This document shows, one piece after another, positions 27,330-41,600 of a DNA stretch of 64,000 bases. The notes under the pieces are model-generated. The model did not search any database. It was not told where the DNA came from and worked only from the letters and a program-made list of their open reading frames with translations. Source of the DNA: Octopus vulgaris (lineage: Eukaryota). How positions within the stretch are numbered: the first letter of the stretch is position 1; the number at the start of each line of letters is the position of its first letter. The DNA is taken from the NCBI GenBank assembly GCA_951406725.2, contig OX597816.1:106144001-106208000 (forward strand). Reading direction: 5' to 3'. The translations under genes were made by a program, and so were the position numbers.

Positions 27330-30300
27330 ATATTTATATATATATATGTATTATCATTTAATGTCTGTTTTCCACGTTGGCATAGGTTAGATGGTTTGAC
27401 TGGGGCTAGCAAATCAGAGGGCTGCTCCAGGCTCCAATTGTCTGTCTTAGCAAGGTTTCTGTAGCTTGATGCGCTTCCTTACCATGTTGAGCTGGGTGTT
27501 TTTTTTACATGGCACCAGCACTGGGGCTGTCACCAAATAACTTGCAAGACAGACTTTACAACTGAGACAGGGAGTGTTATTGAGGAAGGTGGCTTTGTGC
27601 TATTTGAAGAGAGATTAGAGTATAATAGAGGAATAGAAATGTCTTGTTGAGGTGACATATGACTACCACTGCTGGAAATGGGAGAGATGTTGGTGAGATG
27701 TGTTAAGGGTCTACCATCAAGGTACAGTGGGGTGAATATAAGTGGTACAGGGGATTGGACAGGAAGGTCATGAGAATTAGAAAGGGAAGTGGGAGATAGA
27801 GGGGAGTGGAGAGGGAATGCAGTGAGGTGAGGTGGGATTAAGAAGATTGGCATACATTGTGTGCAGGGGCATAGAAATAAGCAACATGCTTTAGTGCTTA
27901 ATTTTTACTTAGATGAAAGTCTTCTCAAGTACAGCAAATTGTCATTCATCTTGTGATGTGTGTGTGTGTGTGCATGCTTTTGTGTATCTCAGGCTATTTG
28001 GTTATGGTACAGTATAGTAAAGGAGGAGGATGAAATACTGTAAATGAATAAATTAAGAGAATTTAAAGAAGTTAAAAGCAATTAAGAAAAAAAAAGGTGA
28101 AAAGTTTTCAGTATTTTTCTTGAAGAAAGCTCAAAAGAAATCACTTAACAAAAAAGATTTTTTTAAAGCTTTTCTAGAACAATTAACAAAATCTCGAAAA
28201 AATTTTAAGGAATCTCAAAAAATTCAAGTTTCAGAGTTATAGAGTTAGGGTTAGGGTTAGGGTTAAAGTTTTAAAATTTGTTAAAGTTTCAGCGTCTTTA
28301 AAATGTTCATGGAGTTAAGAGACAGATGGGGAGGTGGATAGATAGACAATTAGACAGACAGACTGAAAGATAGACCCTACATACATGTATTCTGTAAATA
28401 GCATTTTTGCTAATTGTTAGATTAGGTTTAAACAAGTGAGCACCTTTGGAATAAAGATCTTTCATCAAATGTTCTTTCCATTTGCTCTTTGTGGTGATCA
28501 TTGCTGGTTAAAAGCTCTGGAAGCAGTGTATATACTTCAGCCATCGAGCTCATTCCAGCAATTACGGCTGCGTACTTTCTTCCTAATGGAGTTTGCCTCC
28601 ATAATTCTGTACCCACTCAGGACAGGAGAGCAGGAGCACATGGGTGAGTGAAAGGGACAGATAGTCAATCTCAGAATCAGGGAGGCACACTTAGAAAATG
28701 CAACCAATTCTCCTTCATACGACTCAAAAATGAAATGGTCTGCTTTGGCATGGATTCTACATCATCCAGCTATAGAAACGCCAAAGTGGATATTGGAATG
28801 CAATTTTGTCCTTGGACCTATCAGACTGTCGAACCCATGCTGGCATGAACATTTATACACTCTCGCACACACATAAACATTAAATGATGATATCATGACT
28901 AGAATGCCTTTGTTCTTCTTGATTATACATTTATATATAAGCCATACATGTGTAATAATGGTATCATACTTTTGATTTATGCAGCTCTTGTAACAGAACC
29001 CTTCAGCATATTCTAGAAAAGCTTCTCAAGAAACCTTTCCTTCAGGATCCGTTAATGACTGAACTTATTTGGAAAGCATTTCAAGTTTGCCCTGAACAAA
29101 TTCAACCATTCTTCCAGAAAATGCAAAAATGCTTCAATTTTAAAGATACTACCAATTTTTTACTCGTTATTGAATTCTTTAAAAAGGTAAGCTATTTTCA
29201 CGTTTGATTTATGATTACTGTTGTAATAACCCTTTAACAGTCAGGCTACTCTGATGTATGTAATCTGTATTCACATCATTTTGAATTAATTATGCATTGT
29301 ATCATAACTTTGAGATTTCAATAATGTGACTGTTTATTTTTACAATGATATTGTTGGGTTGGTGTGAGTGGTCAGATCTGGCTAGTTTGAATATAAAACA
29401 GGTAGAATATTTGGCTGGTTTAAATGCTAATCCAACACTACTACAGATACTGATTCCAGCACCTTCGTTCCAATATGATAAATGAAAAACATAAGATAAA
29501 CACCAATTTGTATTTTTTACCACATTCATTCACTCATTACTTCCTTACCCCATCTCTCTCTCTCTCTCCCTCCCTCTCTCTCTCTCCCTCCCTCCCTCTC
29601 TCTCTCTTTCTCCCTCCCTCTCTCTCTACACACACACATACACAATATCATAACCACTTTTCAATGCCCGGATGCCCCTTCCTTTTGTTAACTCTCACTT
29701 GTTTCAAAATAAGTTCATATAAGTATTATACACGCACACATACACAAACATATCTGACAATCTTCTTTCAGTTTCTATCTTTCAAATCAACTGACAAGAC
29801 TTTGGTTGGTTCAAAGCTTTAATAGAAAACACTTGCCCTAACATGTTACTCAATGGGGCTGAATCCAAACTACTTGGTTGGGAAGCAAATGTATCATTAA
29901 ATGTTTTGATTTCTCTTATTCATTTTAGGTTTTGGAATGTCAGCCAGACATCCTCACTCCTTTGAAGACATTCAAAAAACTTCCTCTGGAGAAACTTGCT
30001 GAAATGGTATTTTCCATTCTTATACCACCTTCATTCATCATAAAAGAGATTGAGTGCAATTTAAAAGTAAGTAGATGAAATGATATTGTATAGTTTGTGT
30101 GTTGTCTCTACTGTGTTTAAGTTCAAAGTCAACTCGGATAACTGCCATTTCAGCTGTGACCATCCCATCTTTTTAATGGTGTCTAAGAATACATTTATAG
30201 CTCTGCTATTTCATTGCTCTTTTTGTTTTTTCTGACTGTACCCATCCTGCCTTTTTAATGATATCAAGAAATGCATTACTTAATGTGCCCTTCCTTGTTT

Positions 30301-32425
30301 AAGATTGTAGGGTATGATTTGGCTATTTGGCCAAAAGAGTGGGATAGAGATGGCTTCATTCTCATCTGTAAGATATACAACATGAATTTATACCAGTATT
30401 TCTTGAATTAGGTGTTGGGATTGTAGAAGCAAGTTGATAAAGTGAATAAAGTATTGGGTATTTTGTACATATGTACAAAACACTTTATTCTACATTGTGC
30501 TAACTCAAAACGTTAATGAGAATCTATGTCGGATGACTTGGCAATATTGCCTGCATACTATCCAAGGTATTAGAGTGTTGGAGAGCCATCTTTTGTCTAT
30601 TCAATACCATTGAATCAGAGCTAAACACTGACCCTTTAAGTTTCTTCAGGGGATTAGAAAATAATACAATTACTGAAAGAAGAATTATTCAGGAGTGCTT
30701 TTCTAAGTAAGTGTTGGGCTCGTTTTTGGACTGGAAGAATTAGTAGAGCACAGGATATATTTTGTTGTGGTTCTTTACATTTCAAGGGAAATCCTGCCAA
30801 GATCCACTTCAACTTTCAGCTTTCTAGAGTTAATGAAATAATGGGTACTGGGTTCAGTTTAATTGACTACATCCTTTGCCCAAGTTTGAATCCTTCTGTC
30901 CATGTTAGAAATTGATAATATCATTAGGGTTGTTGGGGACAAAGTGTTGAGCTTAACCAATAGAAATCAATATTGTATATGTATGCATATGTGTATATAT
31001 GTAGGCATGTGCATGTATGTGTGTATGTATATATTTGTACAGTATAACAAGCTTCACTGAATGTTAAGTTGGTTCTAAATATCTTTTTGGTTGTTATTTC
31101 TTTTGCAGAATCGTGAATTACACATTAGACATGTTTGCCTGGATTACATATTCACATTGTTGAAGAAATTATCAAACATCTCAAACTATTGCACATCAGG
31201 CACTTTTCTAGCCAACACCACAGTCTACAGTAAAGCAGACATTGAAGAATTCCATTCACTTTTCAGAGCAGAAATGAAGAAAGTAAGTTAACATTTACTG
31301 AGTTCAGTTTACTAACTAGTTTAAACCTTATGAATGTATAAAATGAATTTGTTCTCTCACCTTCTCTCAATCAAGCACAGAAACAAAGACACACACACAC
31401 ACATTTATATATACTAGCAGGACCTGTAAATATTTCATGGAATTAATGATAAACTTATTGGGTTATTTCTGAAAACTTTATCCAAAAAACCTGTGTTGTG
31501 TCCGTATCAAAAGATAGTTATTCATCTGCTAATCATTGAAAAGGGAAGGGAATTGGAATACGATGTTAACTTAATGCAATGTACCGCCTGACTGGCCCCC
31601 ATGCTGGTGGCACGTAAAAGCACCCACTACATTCTTGGAGTGATTGACGTTAGGAAGGGCATCCAGCTGTAGAAACTCTGCCAAATCAAGACTGGAGCCT
31701 GGTGCAGCCATCTGGTTTGCCAGCCCTCAAGTCAAAATCGTCCAACCCATGCTAGCATGGAAAGCAGACGTTAAACGATGATGATGATACTTTATGCACA
31801 ATTTTATAGACTTAATACATAACACTCTCCTTCTTTCTCTCTCACTGTTTGTTTTACCCTTTTTTTCTCTCCCTTTTCTTTCACTCTTTGCCTTTCCCTT
31901 CAGCTAATCATGTGAAAGCATTACAGATAGGTTAAGTAAAAGAGGTAATAAACTTAGTTCAAAACACAAATTACATTTCACTTACCACTGCCTCATATGA
32001 AATCTATTAGCTACTCATTAATAAAGACTGTTACTCTCAAAAGACAATACAAGAATGAGCTAACTGAATAAAGTTTATGTACATGAAAACCTGGCACACC
32101 AACAGCTGTTTCAAACGTATAAAATAACGAAAATATATTATGCAAGTATAAGTGTTTTTATATGCTTGTTTGTGTATGTGTGTATATATATATATAATGT
32201 GTGTGTGTATGTGTAAATATATGTATATATATGTGTCTGTGTAAATATATGTATATATATATATGTGTGTGTGTAAATATATGTATATATATGTGTGTGT
32301 GTGTAAATATATGTATATATGTGTGTGTGTCTGTATAAATATATGTATATATGTGTGTGTGTAAATATATGTATATATATGTGTGTGTGTGTAAATATAT
32401 GTATATATGTGTGTATATATATGTG

Positions 32426-32481
<56 letters not shown>

Positions 32482-32611
32482 CATATGTATATGTATATAT
32501 ATTTGTGTGTATATATGTATATGTATGTATAAGTATATATGTATATGTATGTATAAGTATATATGTATATGTATGTATAACTATATATATGTTTATGTAT
32601 GTATATGTATA

Positions 32612-32644
<33 letters not shown>

Positions 32645-35600
32645 TTACACATATCTGGTCCTGTATTTTGATGGTGATGTTGGGATCTTTGGCACCATGC
32701 AGTGGTGCCCCGTTCTGCTGTTAGGGTAACTTTCAATGCCAAAATTTGGGACAAGGCCCTCCAGGATTTTCCAGATGTATATCACTGCATATCTCTCCCA
32801 CCTTCACTCCAGGGAGAAGAGTTTTAATACTTTCAGTCTTTCCCAGTAACTGATATGTTGCATTGAGATTATCTTCTTAGTGTAGCTTCATTGGATTGCT
32901 TCGAGTTCTGCTGTTGACTTTATATTGTGTGGGAGCAGTAGTCCAAGTGGCTGAGGACGAATGTCTTCCAAAGGACCATCAGTGTCTCCTTCTCTCTTGT
33001 TCTGAAAGTTCGGAGGATCCATCCAGCTAGCCGTCTGCATTTTATTACCAAATTGGCAATATGCACTTGGAAAGATGCATCATTGCTCATGTCAATGCCC
33101 AGGTCATGCACTGATTTTGACTCAGGAATTGCAATTCTTCCCAGGCCAGTGTATCCAGTCTGCATGTAATTCAGCTTTGTGTGCCAGTAGCGCAAGGCTT
33201 GGAACTTCCCTGCCTTAAACTGCATGTTGTTGTCCTCAGCCCACCTGTATATTGTATCCAACTCCCGTTGCAGATGTGCAATATTTCCAGGGTTTTGTAT
33301 TGTCTGAGAGACTTTTGTATCATCTGCGTTGCTTGCAAGGGTGGCCATCTTAGCAACTGAGGGCATGTCTGAAAGGGCCACAATGAACAACAGTGACCCC
33401 AAGACAGTGCCCTATGGAACACCACTTGTTATTTGTGTTGCCTAGGAGGTGACTCCATTGGTTGCCTTCTATCTTTTAGGAAGTTGTGCAGCCACTCTCC
33501 AAGTTTTCCGCCTATGCTGAGATCACGCAGTTTGTGGCAGATCATACCATGGTGACTTTATCAAAGGCTTTTGCAAAGTCGAGATATATCACATCCACAC
33601 TTGAGCCATTGAGTAGCTGTTTTAACACCCAGTCAAATTGTTGCAGGAGCTGTGTTAGACAGCTTCTGCCTGGTCAAAATCCATGCTGGGTGTCAGTCAA
33701 CCAGTCATTTTCTTTAAGGAACATGATTAGTTTCTTGCAGACTATCGTTCCATGACTTTGCTGATGTGTGAGGTCAGAAAGATAGGCCTATAATTTTTAG
33801 CATCTGCTCTGCTTCCTCCCTTATGGGTAGGGCATATTATCCCTTCTTTCAATTTGACTGGGAGCTTACCACTTGCAAGAAAGCTCTGAAAAAGAAGCTG
33901 TAACGGTTTTGCAAGGGCTCGTTTGCACGATTTGAGAAGAATCACTGGAAATCCATCAGGTCCAGCAGCTGAGTTTGTGTCAATCTCATCTATGGCCAGT
34001 GTGAGTGATATCATCATCTTCAATGTTGATGTACTCAATTTTTGCTTCTTTGGCTACAGGTAAAGTGGCAAAGAATTCTTCTGGTTTATTTACTTGTCTG
34101 TGTCTTAGAGGTGTAGTGAACACACTTTGGAACTGTTCGTTCAGTATTTCACTTATCCTCATGGGATTTCCTGTGAGGGAACCATCTTTTTGGAAGAGAG
34201 GTCCTATCCTCTGGCGCACTGCGGCCATCTCTTTGGCAAACTTAAAGAAGGCTTTAGGGTTTGACTTGATATTTTCTATAACCCAAGCTTCTTTATCTGC
34301 TCTCTCCTTTTCATGAGACTGATGCAGACTTTTCTCAATTTCCATTAGCATTCTCTCGAGGCGAGACTTCTCACCACTTTTGGTGTGCTTGCTCAGGCGG
34401 TTCGCAATCCTTGTCCGTTGTTTCATAAGAATCTTCCTTTCCCTAGGGATCCTGTTTTTGTGTGTGCTGGCCCTGCACACTGGGACATATTTGTCACATA
34501 TGGCTTGTATTATGGCCTTGAAACGTTTGCATTTCATATCAATGTCTGGTGTGGAAAAACATTTAGGCCAATCCTGTTTGCGGATCTCTTTCTCAATCAA
34601 CTTTCAATTTGCTTTATGAAAGTTTAGTTTGGAGATATTGTGGTTGGTAAGCAAGCTTCTTACCACACAGCCACTCTTGTTGGCAAGTAGATGGCTCTAT
34701 TATTATTAATACATTTAATAAAATACATTAAGGTATTTGATTATATCTTTTTAAGTCTTGTTTTCAAATCTTGCTCTGGTTCTGTGTTGAAAATCTTTTG
34801 TCTTATATGTGTTTTCCCTATACTCCTTCGTCATCTTTCTTTGCAATTTTTTTACTCTTATTACATTTATATAGATATATGTATCTGCATGTGTATAAAA
34901 TTGAATTTTATTTTGCTCCTCACAACAGTTGCTTCCAAGTACTGCTACTATATATCAGTGTTGGATAAAAATGGACCAACCAAAACCTACAGAGACAGAC
35001 ACTAAAGAAAATTATTCAGGTTTGGTTACTTTTTCCTATTTTTTAAAATATAAGAAAATTTTCTGTCATTAGTTTTAGTTGAAGAACCAGTTCAAAGTTT
35101 GATATGTTGTTTAGCTCATATAAACAGTTTGAAATATCTGGTTTTGAAGATCTAAATTGAATGCTTAGGGAAAGCCTTAGATTTGACTCATCAAGCATTC
35201 TATACTTTTGATGAATCTATCATGCAGAAAGGCCATATCAAATGCAGTGTTGTAAGTTAAAGCATTAGGTATTCATTTTACTGTTTAGTTTGATCATATA
35301 GGCTGAACACACTAGAATTAAATACATTAGAGATTGGCATGGCAAATTCTTTAAAATTCATTAGTAGTTTGCATAGAATTTAACATCTTGTCATAATGAG
35401 TAGATAGCAGAAACAGTAAAGTGTTGAAGAAATATTTTGTGGTATTTGGTTATGTTCTGAGTACTGATCCCCTTCAAGTCTACTTTTCATGCTTTACTTT
35501 GCATACATTTCTTACTTAAACTAAAATCTATTAAGTTCATGAAATAAGTACCCTGATTGTAACCTAGAAGGCAGTACCTCAGCAAGGCTACAATTGAATG

Positions 35601-38600
35601 ACTAAACAAAAAGATTCAAATGAATTCAGTAAAACAAAAAAAGGGAGAAAGAATTCATCATTTTTAAGATGCTGCTTTTTGGCATTAATACATTTGATCC
35701 ACAAACTAAATTATGTAGAAGCTCAAAGTTATGTATGTTCTAGTTGTATTGGTGAAATGAATGGTGGTAGTAATACAGGTAGTTGTAAGGAATAGTAAAA
35801 AGTTATCTATGAGCTAAATTCAAACTATTTCAAATTGCTTCTATTCTTCATTATTGTTGATGTTATAGTTGTGTGAATGGAAGTGGCAGTTGTGGCTGTG
35901 ACTTGTAATGTTATGATATGACCGGAGTGGTTGTTGTGGCAGCTTTAACAGCAATCACTGCTGCCAGAGTTATTTATGAGAGTAGTTGTGAATGTGGCAG
36001 TGGTCATGGCTGTTGCTGTGACAGTGGATACTCTCACTTGTAGTTTTGGTTGTTTCAGTAAGGATTGAAGAAATAATTTTTCTGGTAGTTGCTTTTGTTT
36101 CTCTCTCAGAAGGATAAGACCAAACCTGGTTTCAACACCCAGTTAGAATTACCTCTCTGACATTATTGACATCCTGAATATTGTCATGAACATTACTTCT
36201 GCTTTCTCTTTCTTTAAAAGAATTTTTTTTCCTTGAAAATTAAAACTTTTGTTTTTTTTTCAGACAAAGTTGATCCTCTTGAACATGTGGCACTCAGTAT
36301 GCAGATATTTTGCCTCTATCAGTCTTTGATGCCTTCTTCTCTGTCTGATGCTACCTTTGGAGAAATCATAATTAGAATGCAGAAGCTTTTTAATCTGTGG
36401 AAAGAAGACAAGGAAACTACTGAGGAAGACAACAGTGGTAATAGTTATTCAGTGTCAGATGAAAGAAACCTGAAGATTCATTTGCAGACTAAAATAAAAT
36501 TATATTTTTTCAAGATATTTGCTGACATTGGTCTACGGTGGACAAAGATTGTAAGAAAATATTTGTTTTTATCATTATCATCATCATGTTTGTCAATTTT
36601 GATTCTGCATCCTCTGAGACCTTAAATTTGACCTCCATTCCTTTTTCCATCATATCTTTTCTTGGTTTTCCTTTTCATGGCTACATTTTATTGTCAGCAC
36701 ACTATTTTTTCCACGCAATTGCCATCCATTTGCATTGTCTTTCCATTACATTTGCTGACATCAGACTGGTAAAATCAGAGCAGATTAATTTTCAATTTTT
36801 TTTTTTACTGATAGGTAATGTCCTTATGCAGAAATTTAGGTAAAGATGGAGTTGACAGGTTTGCAATTCCAGATAGCATTTGTTGAAATACTTGGGCTTC
36901 AGGATTGAAACATAGTAGGAATGATAAAAGAACTTGTTTAGATTGAGAATCAGCTATACATTTCACTACTGATGTGCTATTTCAAAGTTTTATGTATAAA
37001 GATGTTCTGTTCAATTCCTCTTTATGACTTCCATTCTGTTTAATTAGTTTTCCATTCTCCCAAGGTATTAACATTATTTAAAAATATCAATTTTAGATTA
37101 CTATTTTGTCAATCCAGTAAAATAAAATTTATTTAACGATATAGAAATAGTTTATTCTCAAACACATGATAATGCTAATACAATAGCATGAACACGATAA
37201 ACTATCCATATATTGCAGAAAAAATCGTTACTGGCCAGCCTGCTGTTTATTTTAGGATTTTTTCTCTTTTTTTCTAATCATTACTAAGTCAGGGGAAAAA
37301 CCCAGAGAGGAAATTATCAGATTGGAGACCTAGCTTAAATGTTTGCAACAGAGGTATTACATGAAGCTGTTTGAGCAGTGTCATCTGCTTGGTGCTACTT
37401 TATTTGCATGTCTTTTTGTTTATAATACAATTCCTTTATGTAAATCATCCAAGTCAGAAAGATTGCTCTGATAATTATATTGACTGATTTGGTATATGAA
37501 CTGGGCCTGCCTTTAGGAAGCTGGCTGCTCTTATATGGAACATGGACAACTTCATACCTCTAATTGCTTTAACACATTAATGCAGATTATATATGGAAGG
37601 ATTCACATGGTTAAAATTATGCAAGTACTGGTGGTAAAATAAAAAATTTAATTTGTTTTGAAGCATTTATGTCTTTGCTTTTAACCTCATTTTCTTTCTT
37701 ATTTTCTAGAATGATCTGAAGCAAGCTCACATATACATTATTCTGGATTTGTTAGTAACCATTCGAGATCCTCAACTGCTTATAATCAACAAGTCATTAG
37801 TATGTCAGGTAAATTTGTGTTATTCTTCAGATAAGTACAGGCACTGCCACACGGTATTTTGCAAACTATTCGATCTAAATCTTCTTGGAGTAAAGTTTAC
37901 ATATAAGCATAACAGTAAGGAATATACAGTTAATATTTAGAGGTGAAGGGGATTAATCTTTTATTTATTTTAGCCACTATATTCTAGGTATTGGGACACC
38001 ACCTTGAAGAATTTTTAGTCAAATGAACCAATGCATAATATTGTGTTTTTTTTTCATTTTATAAATTTCTTTTTGTTTTTTCTTTTTCTTTTTAACCAGC
38101 TCCTCTACGAAACTGGTTTCTTTGCGGGTTTGGAAAATGAGATCCTTATATGGCTTGATTGGCTGGTTCATTTTAGTGCTGGCCAAGAAGGGGATACTTT
38201 ACTCCAGTTTATGTCAAATTTATTTATGGTTTATATTTCAAATCCTTACACATACATTGACCAAGTGATAAATGTGATTGCTAAGGCTCCCAAACTTGGA
38301 ACTGAAGTCAGTGAAAATGACAAACTAAGCACATCTGATCTTGATGCAGTTTTAGAAAGTAAGTATATTAGTGAAATATCTTTAACCTTATAGCATTTAA
38401 ACTGATTTCCAGCCCAAATATTCTTCCAGTTTCATGTTCAAACCAGCCAGATCCAGCCTCTCACACCTACCTTACAATGTCATCCTGTAACAAAATAATC
38501 ACATCATGATTGTCTCAAAGCTATGAGATATTGCATGATTAATTTAAAACTATGTAAATAAGTATTACATTTGACAGAGTAATCTGAATGCTAAAGGGTT

Positions 38601-41600
38601 ATAATAGTAATGATAATAATCATCATCATTATATAACCTCTGTCTTCCATGCTGGCATGGGTTGGATGGTCTGACAGGAGCTGGTAAGCCTTGGAGCTGC
38701 ACTAAACTCCACTGTCTTTTTTGGCATGGATTTTACTGCTGGATGCACTTTATAGAGTGAACTGGATGCTATTTGTATGGCACCAACACTGACAAGGTTT
38801 GCTTTGACATGGTTTTATGGATGATTGCCCTTCTTAATGCCAGCCACTTTACAGAGTGAACTGAGTGCTTTTTATGTGGCACCAGCACCAGTAAGGTCAC
38901 TTCTGTGAATAATCTTGCTAAAAGATATACAACAGGCAAACCAATATCAAATTAAGCAGAATTAGAGTCCTTTCATTGAGTGCTGTAACTAATGATACTA
39001 TTTATTGTTCACAAATGCATGACATAGGAGAAAGGTAGTACTGTAAGAGAAATAAATGAATAATCCCCTGAGTTCAACCATGCTGGTTTTTTGGGGGTGT
39101 TTTATTGTATTTACATGATAACAATGGTTAGATTTTTGAGAAAATCTGGATGTATAACAAGTGTTTTATAACTATGACAGTCTTTCTAAAACTTGTCATT
39201 TGATCATAAAGTAGAAATAGTACCAATTTTCATTTAGGTACATAGTGGTCACAGGAGCAGTACTTGCAGTTCACCATTGCATCAATAAGCTTGCTTGTAT
39301 ATCATCCAACTTTTATTGGTTTGTCAGAATGAATGATTAATCCATACTTTAGGTTTAAAATTAATTTTCAGAAAATTCACAATTCCTATTTAAATATATA
39401 TTTGGATACCCCTTTCTATTTTTATTTTATTTACTCTCTGTCTAGTTTTATCTGTTTCATTATACTTGTATATTCACTTAAAAAATTATGAAAAATTTCT
39501 TTACTTTTTGATTTTGCCATGTGTTTAATAGATTTTAATGAAGCTGAGTTAAATGAGGCTGAATCTGAAACTGTTGTAGCTGACAGCATCAGGTAAATGA
39601 AAGAAGTTTTATCCTTTTCTTTTTAAAATTTGCTTTTATATTATAATGGAAAAAGCTGCTTATTAATTAGGTATGTAACAGTTACTAAAAGTACTAAAAG
39701 AAAGCAATTATTAAAGGCTTGACTATCTGGGAAATTTTTTTTATAAATTCATGTTCCAAGAAATTTCATATAATTTCGGTTTCTGAACTTTATCGAATTT
39801 TTTAACTCCAGTTTTTCACAAATTTAAATACTCCATAAAATTCATTATGGAGTATTCCATTTTCATTTTCAAAGTCTCTCACTCCTATTTCATTGTTTTC
39901 ATTTCAAGTTTTAATTTGCTATTTGGAAAACCCAGTTTATTCTGTATACATAATATAACAACATTATTTATTGAAGGAAAATATTTTCATATACTGGTAT
40001 AATTTTTGTAAAATAAATTAAGTGATTTTGTTGTTATGGCTGTTTGGAATACTATAAGCCTTACAATAATAACTATCCGGACAGATTTGGGCCATATTTT
40101 AAATTAAAAACCATGGTAAAAAGAAAAAAATGTAAATATTTTCAGAGGAAATGGTGAACAATTCAAGGGAGGTTTGGTTGTTTTTTAATATACCAGTGTA
40201 ATTTTTGTAAAAAAAATTAAGATGTGATTTTGTTATTATGGCTGTTTCAAACAGTATAAGCCCTATGGTAAGTATCTGGACCGACTTTGGTTCCCCATAC
40301 TTTTCTTTTTTTATATAGATTAAAAGCCATGGGAGGAGCTTTTTCAGTGAAAAAAGAAGAAAAAATTGTAAATATTTTCAGAGGAAAAGATGAACAATTC
40401 AAGGGTGGTTTGACTATTGTTTCTAGCACAACCCAAACCACACTCCATTGTCACTCTCGTGTGTATTGATGTTTCTTCAATATTTTTCTACCACACATGG
40501 TCCATTGGTGGAATTTAAGCAACAAAAATAAATTGTAATCTAAATTTTTACCCTCACAATCAAGCGAAGCTGTATGTGTAAGAAAAACATTTTACAACAG
40601 AAAAGTATACTATTAAAATGAATTATCATTTACATAACTCTTCCTTCACATCACTGAGGATAAATGCTAGCAATGACCTTCTCAGGCTCTCCAATGTTTT
40701 TTATTTCTAAACAGAAACAATTGGGAGCAGGGAGTGGCATTGCAAAAAATTCATTTATCACATTTTCGTCTCTTTAGCATATAAATGTATTTGTGGGGAG
40801 AAAAATATTGAAAACATCAATACATGCAGGAGTGATAAAGAAACGTGGAGGGTTATCTTCGGATGTGCTAGAAACACCCAAATCTTCCTTAAATCACTTA
40901 CTTTTCCCTCTGAAAATATTAAGGTTTTTTTTTGTTACCAAAATGGTTCCTCCCATGGTTTTGAAGTGCAACAAAAATTGGCCAAAATAGGTCTGGAGTG
41001 GGATGATGAGGGAGGGGGTGAGTTGTATAAAAAAAAACCTTGAAAACTTTTTTCTTATAAAGATGCCCCCCTGCTCCCACCCCATCATTTTGAAGGCTGT
41101 GGTTTTAAAAAAATGGGCAAAAAATCCCCATCAAAACAGTAGTTCTAACGTATTTTGTCCTCCTGATCTGAAACTCCTCTCCTCACCTCCTCGGAAAAAA
41201 TTTTCCCCTCAAATTTCTTTATAATCGTAATCTATGCCATTTGAAAGGTATTTGAATAAACTTTCATTAAAAGATACCCATTTTCATAAAAGTTATGAGG
41301 TGGAAAAGTTGGATCATGCGATTTTTCCCAAATTCCTCTCTTCACCCTCTCGGGAAAATTCTTTCCCATAAATCCCTATATACTCTAAAGCCACAACATC
41401 GAAGCAGTATTTGTAGAAAATTTCATTAAAAAGTAGCCATTTTTCTGGATGTTATGAGGCAGCACAGTCAGGGGTGTATACATCTGTAGTTATACCCTTT
41501 TATTTCTAGGGTTTTTTTCCATTTCATCTTTATTTCACTCATTGTTTGCAATGTTCTCTCTTCCACTCTCAGACATTGCAAAGCTTACAGATGGGCTGCT

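Noticed and set aside
37280-38000. Possible intronic snoRNAs (ribosome-biogenesis genes often host them)
   Set aside because: Some hairpins are visible, but I could not establish a complete H/ACA or C/D architecture by eye. A snoRNA/Infernal scan is needed.
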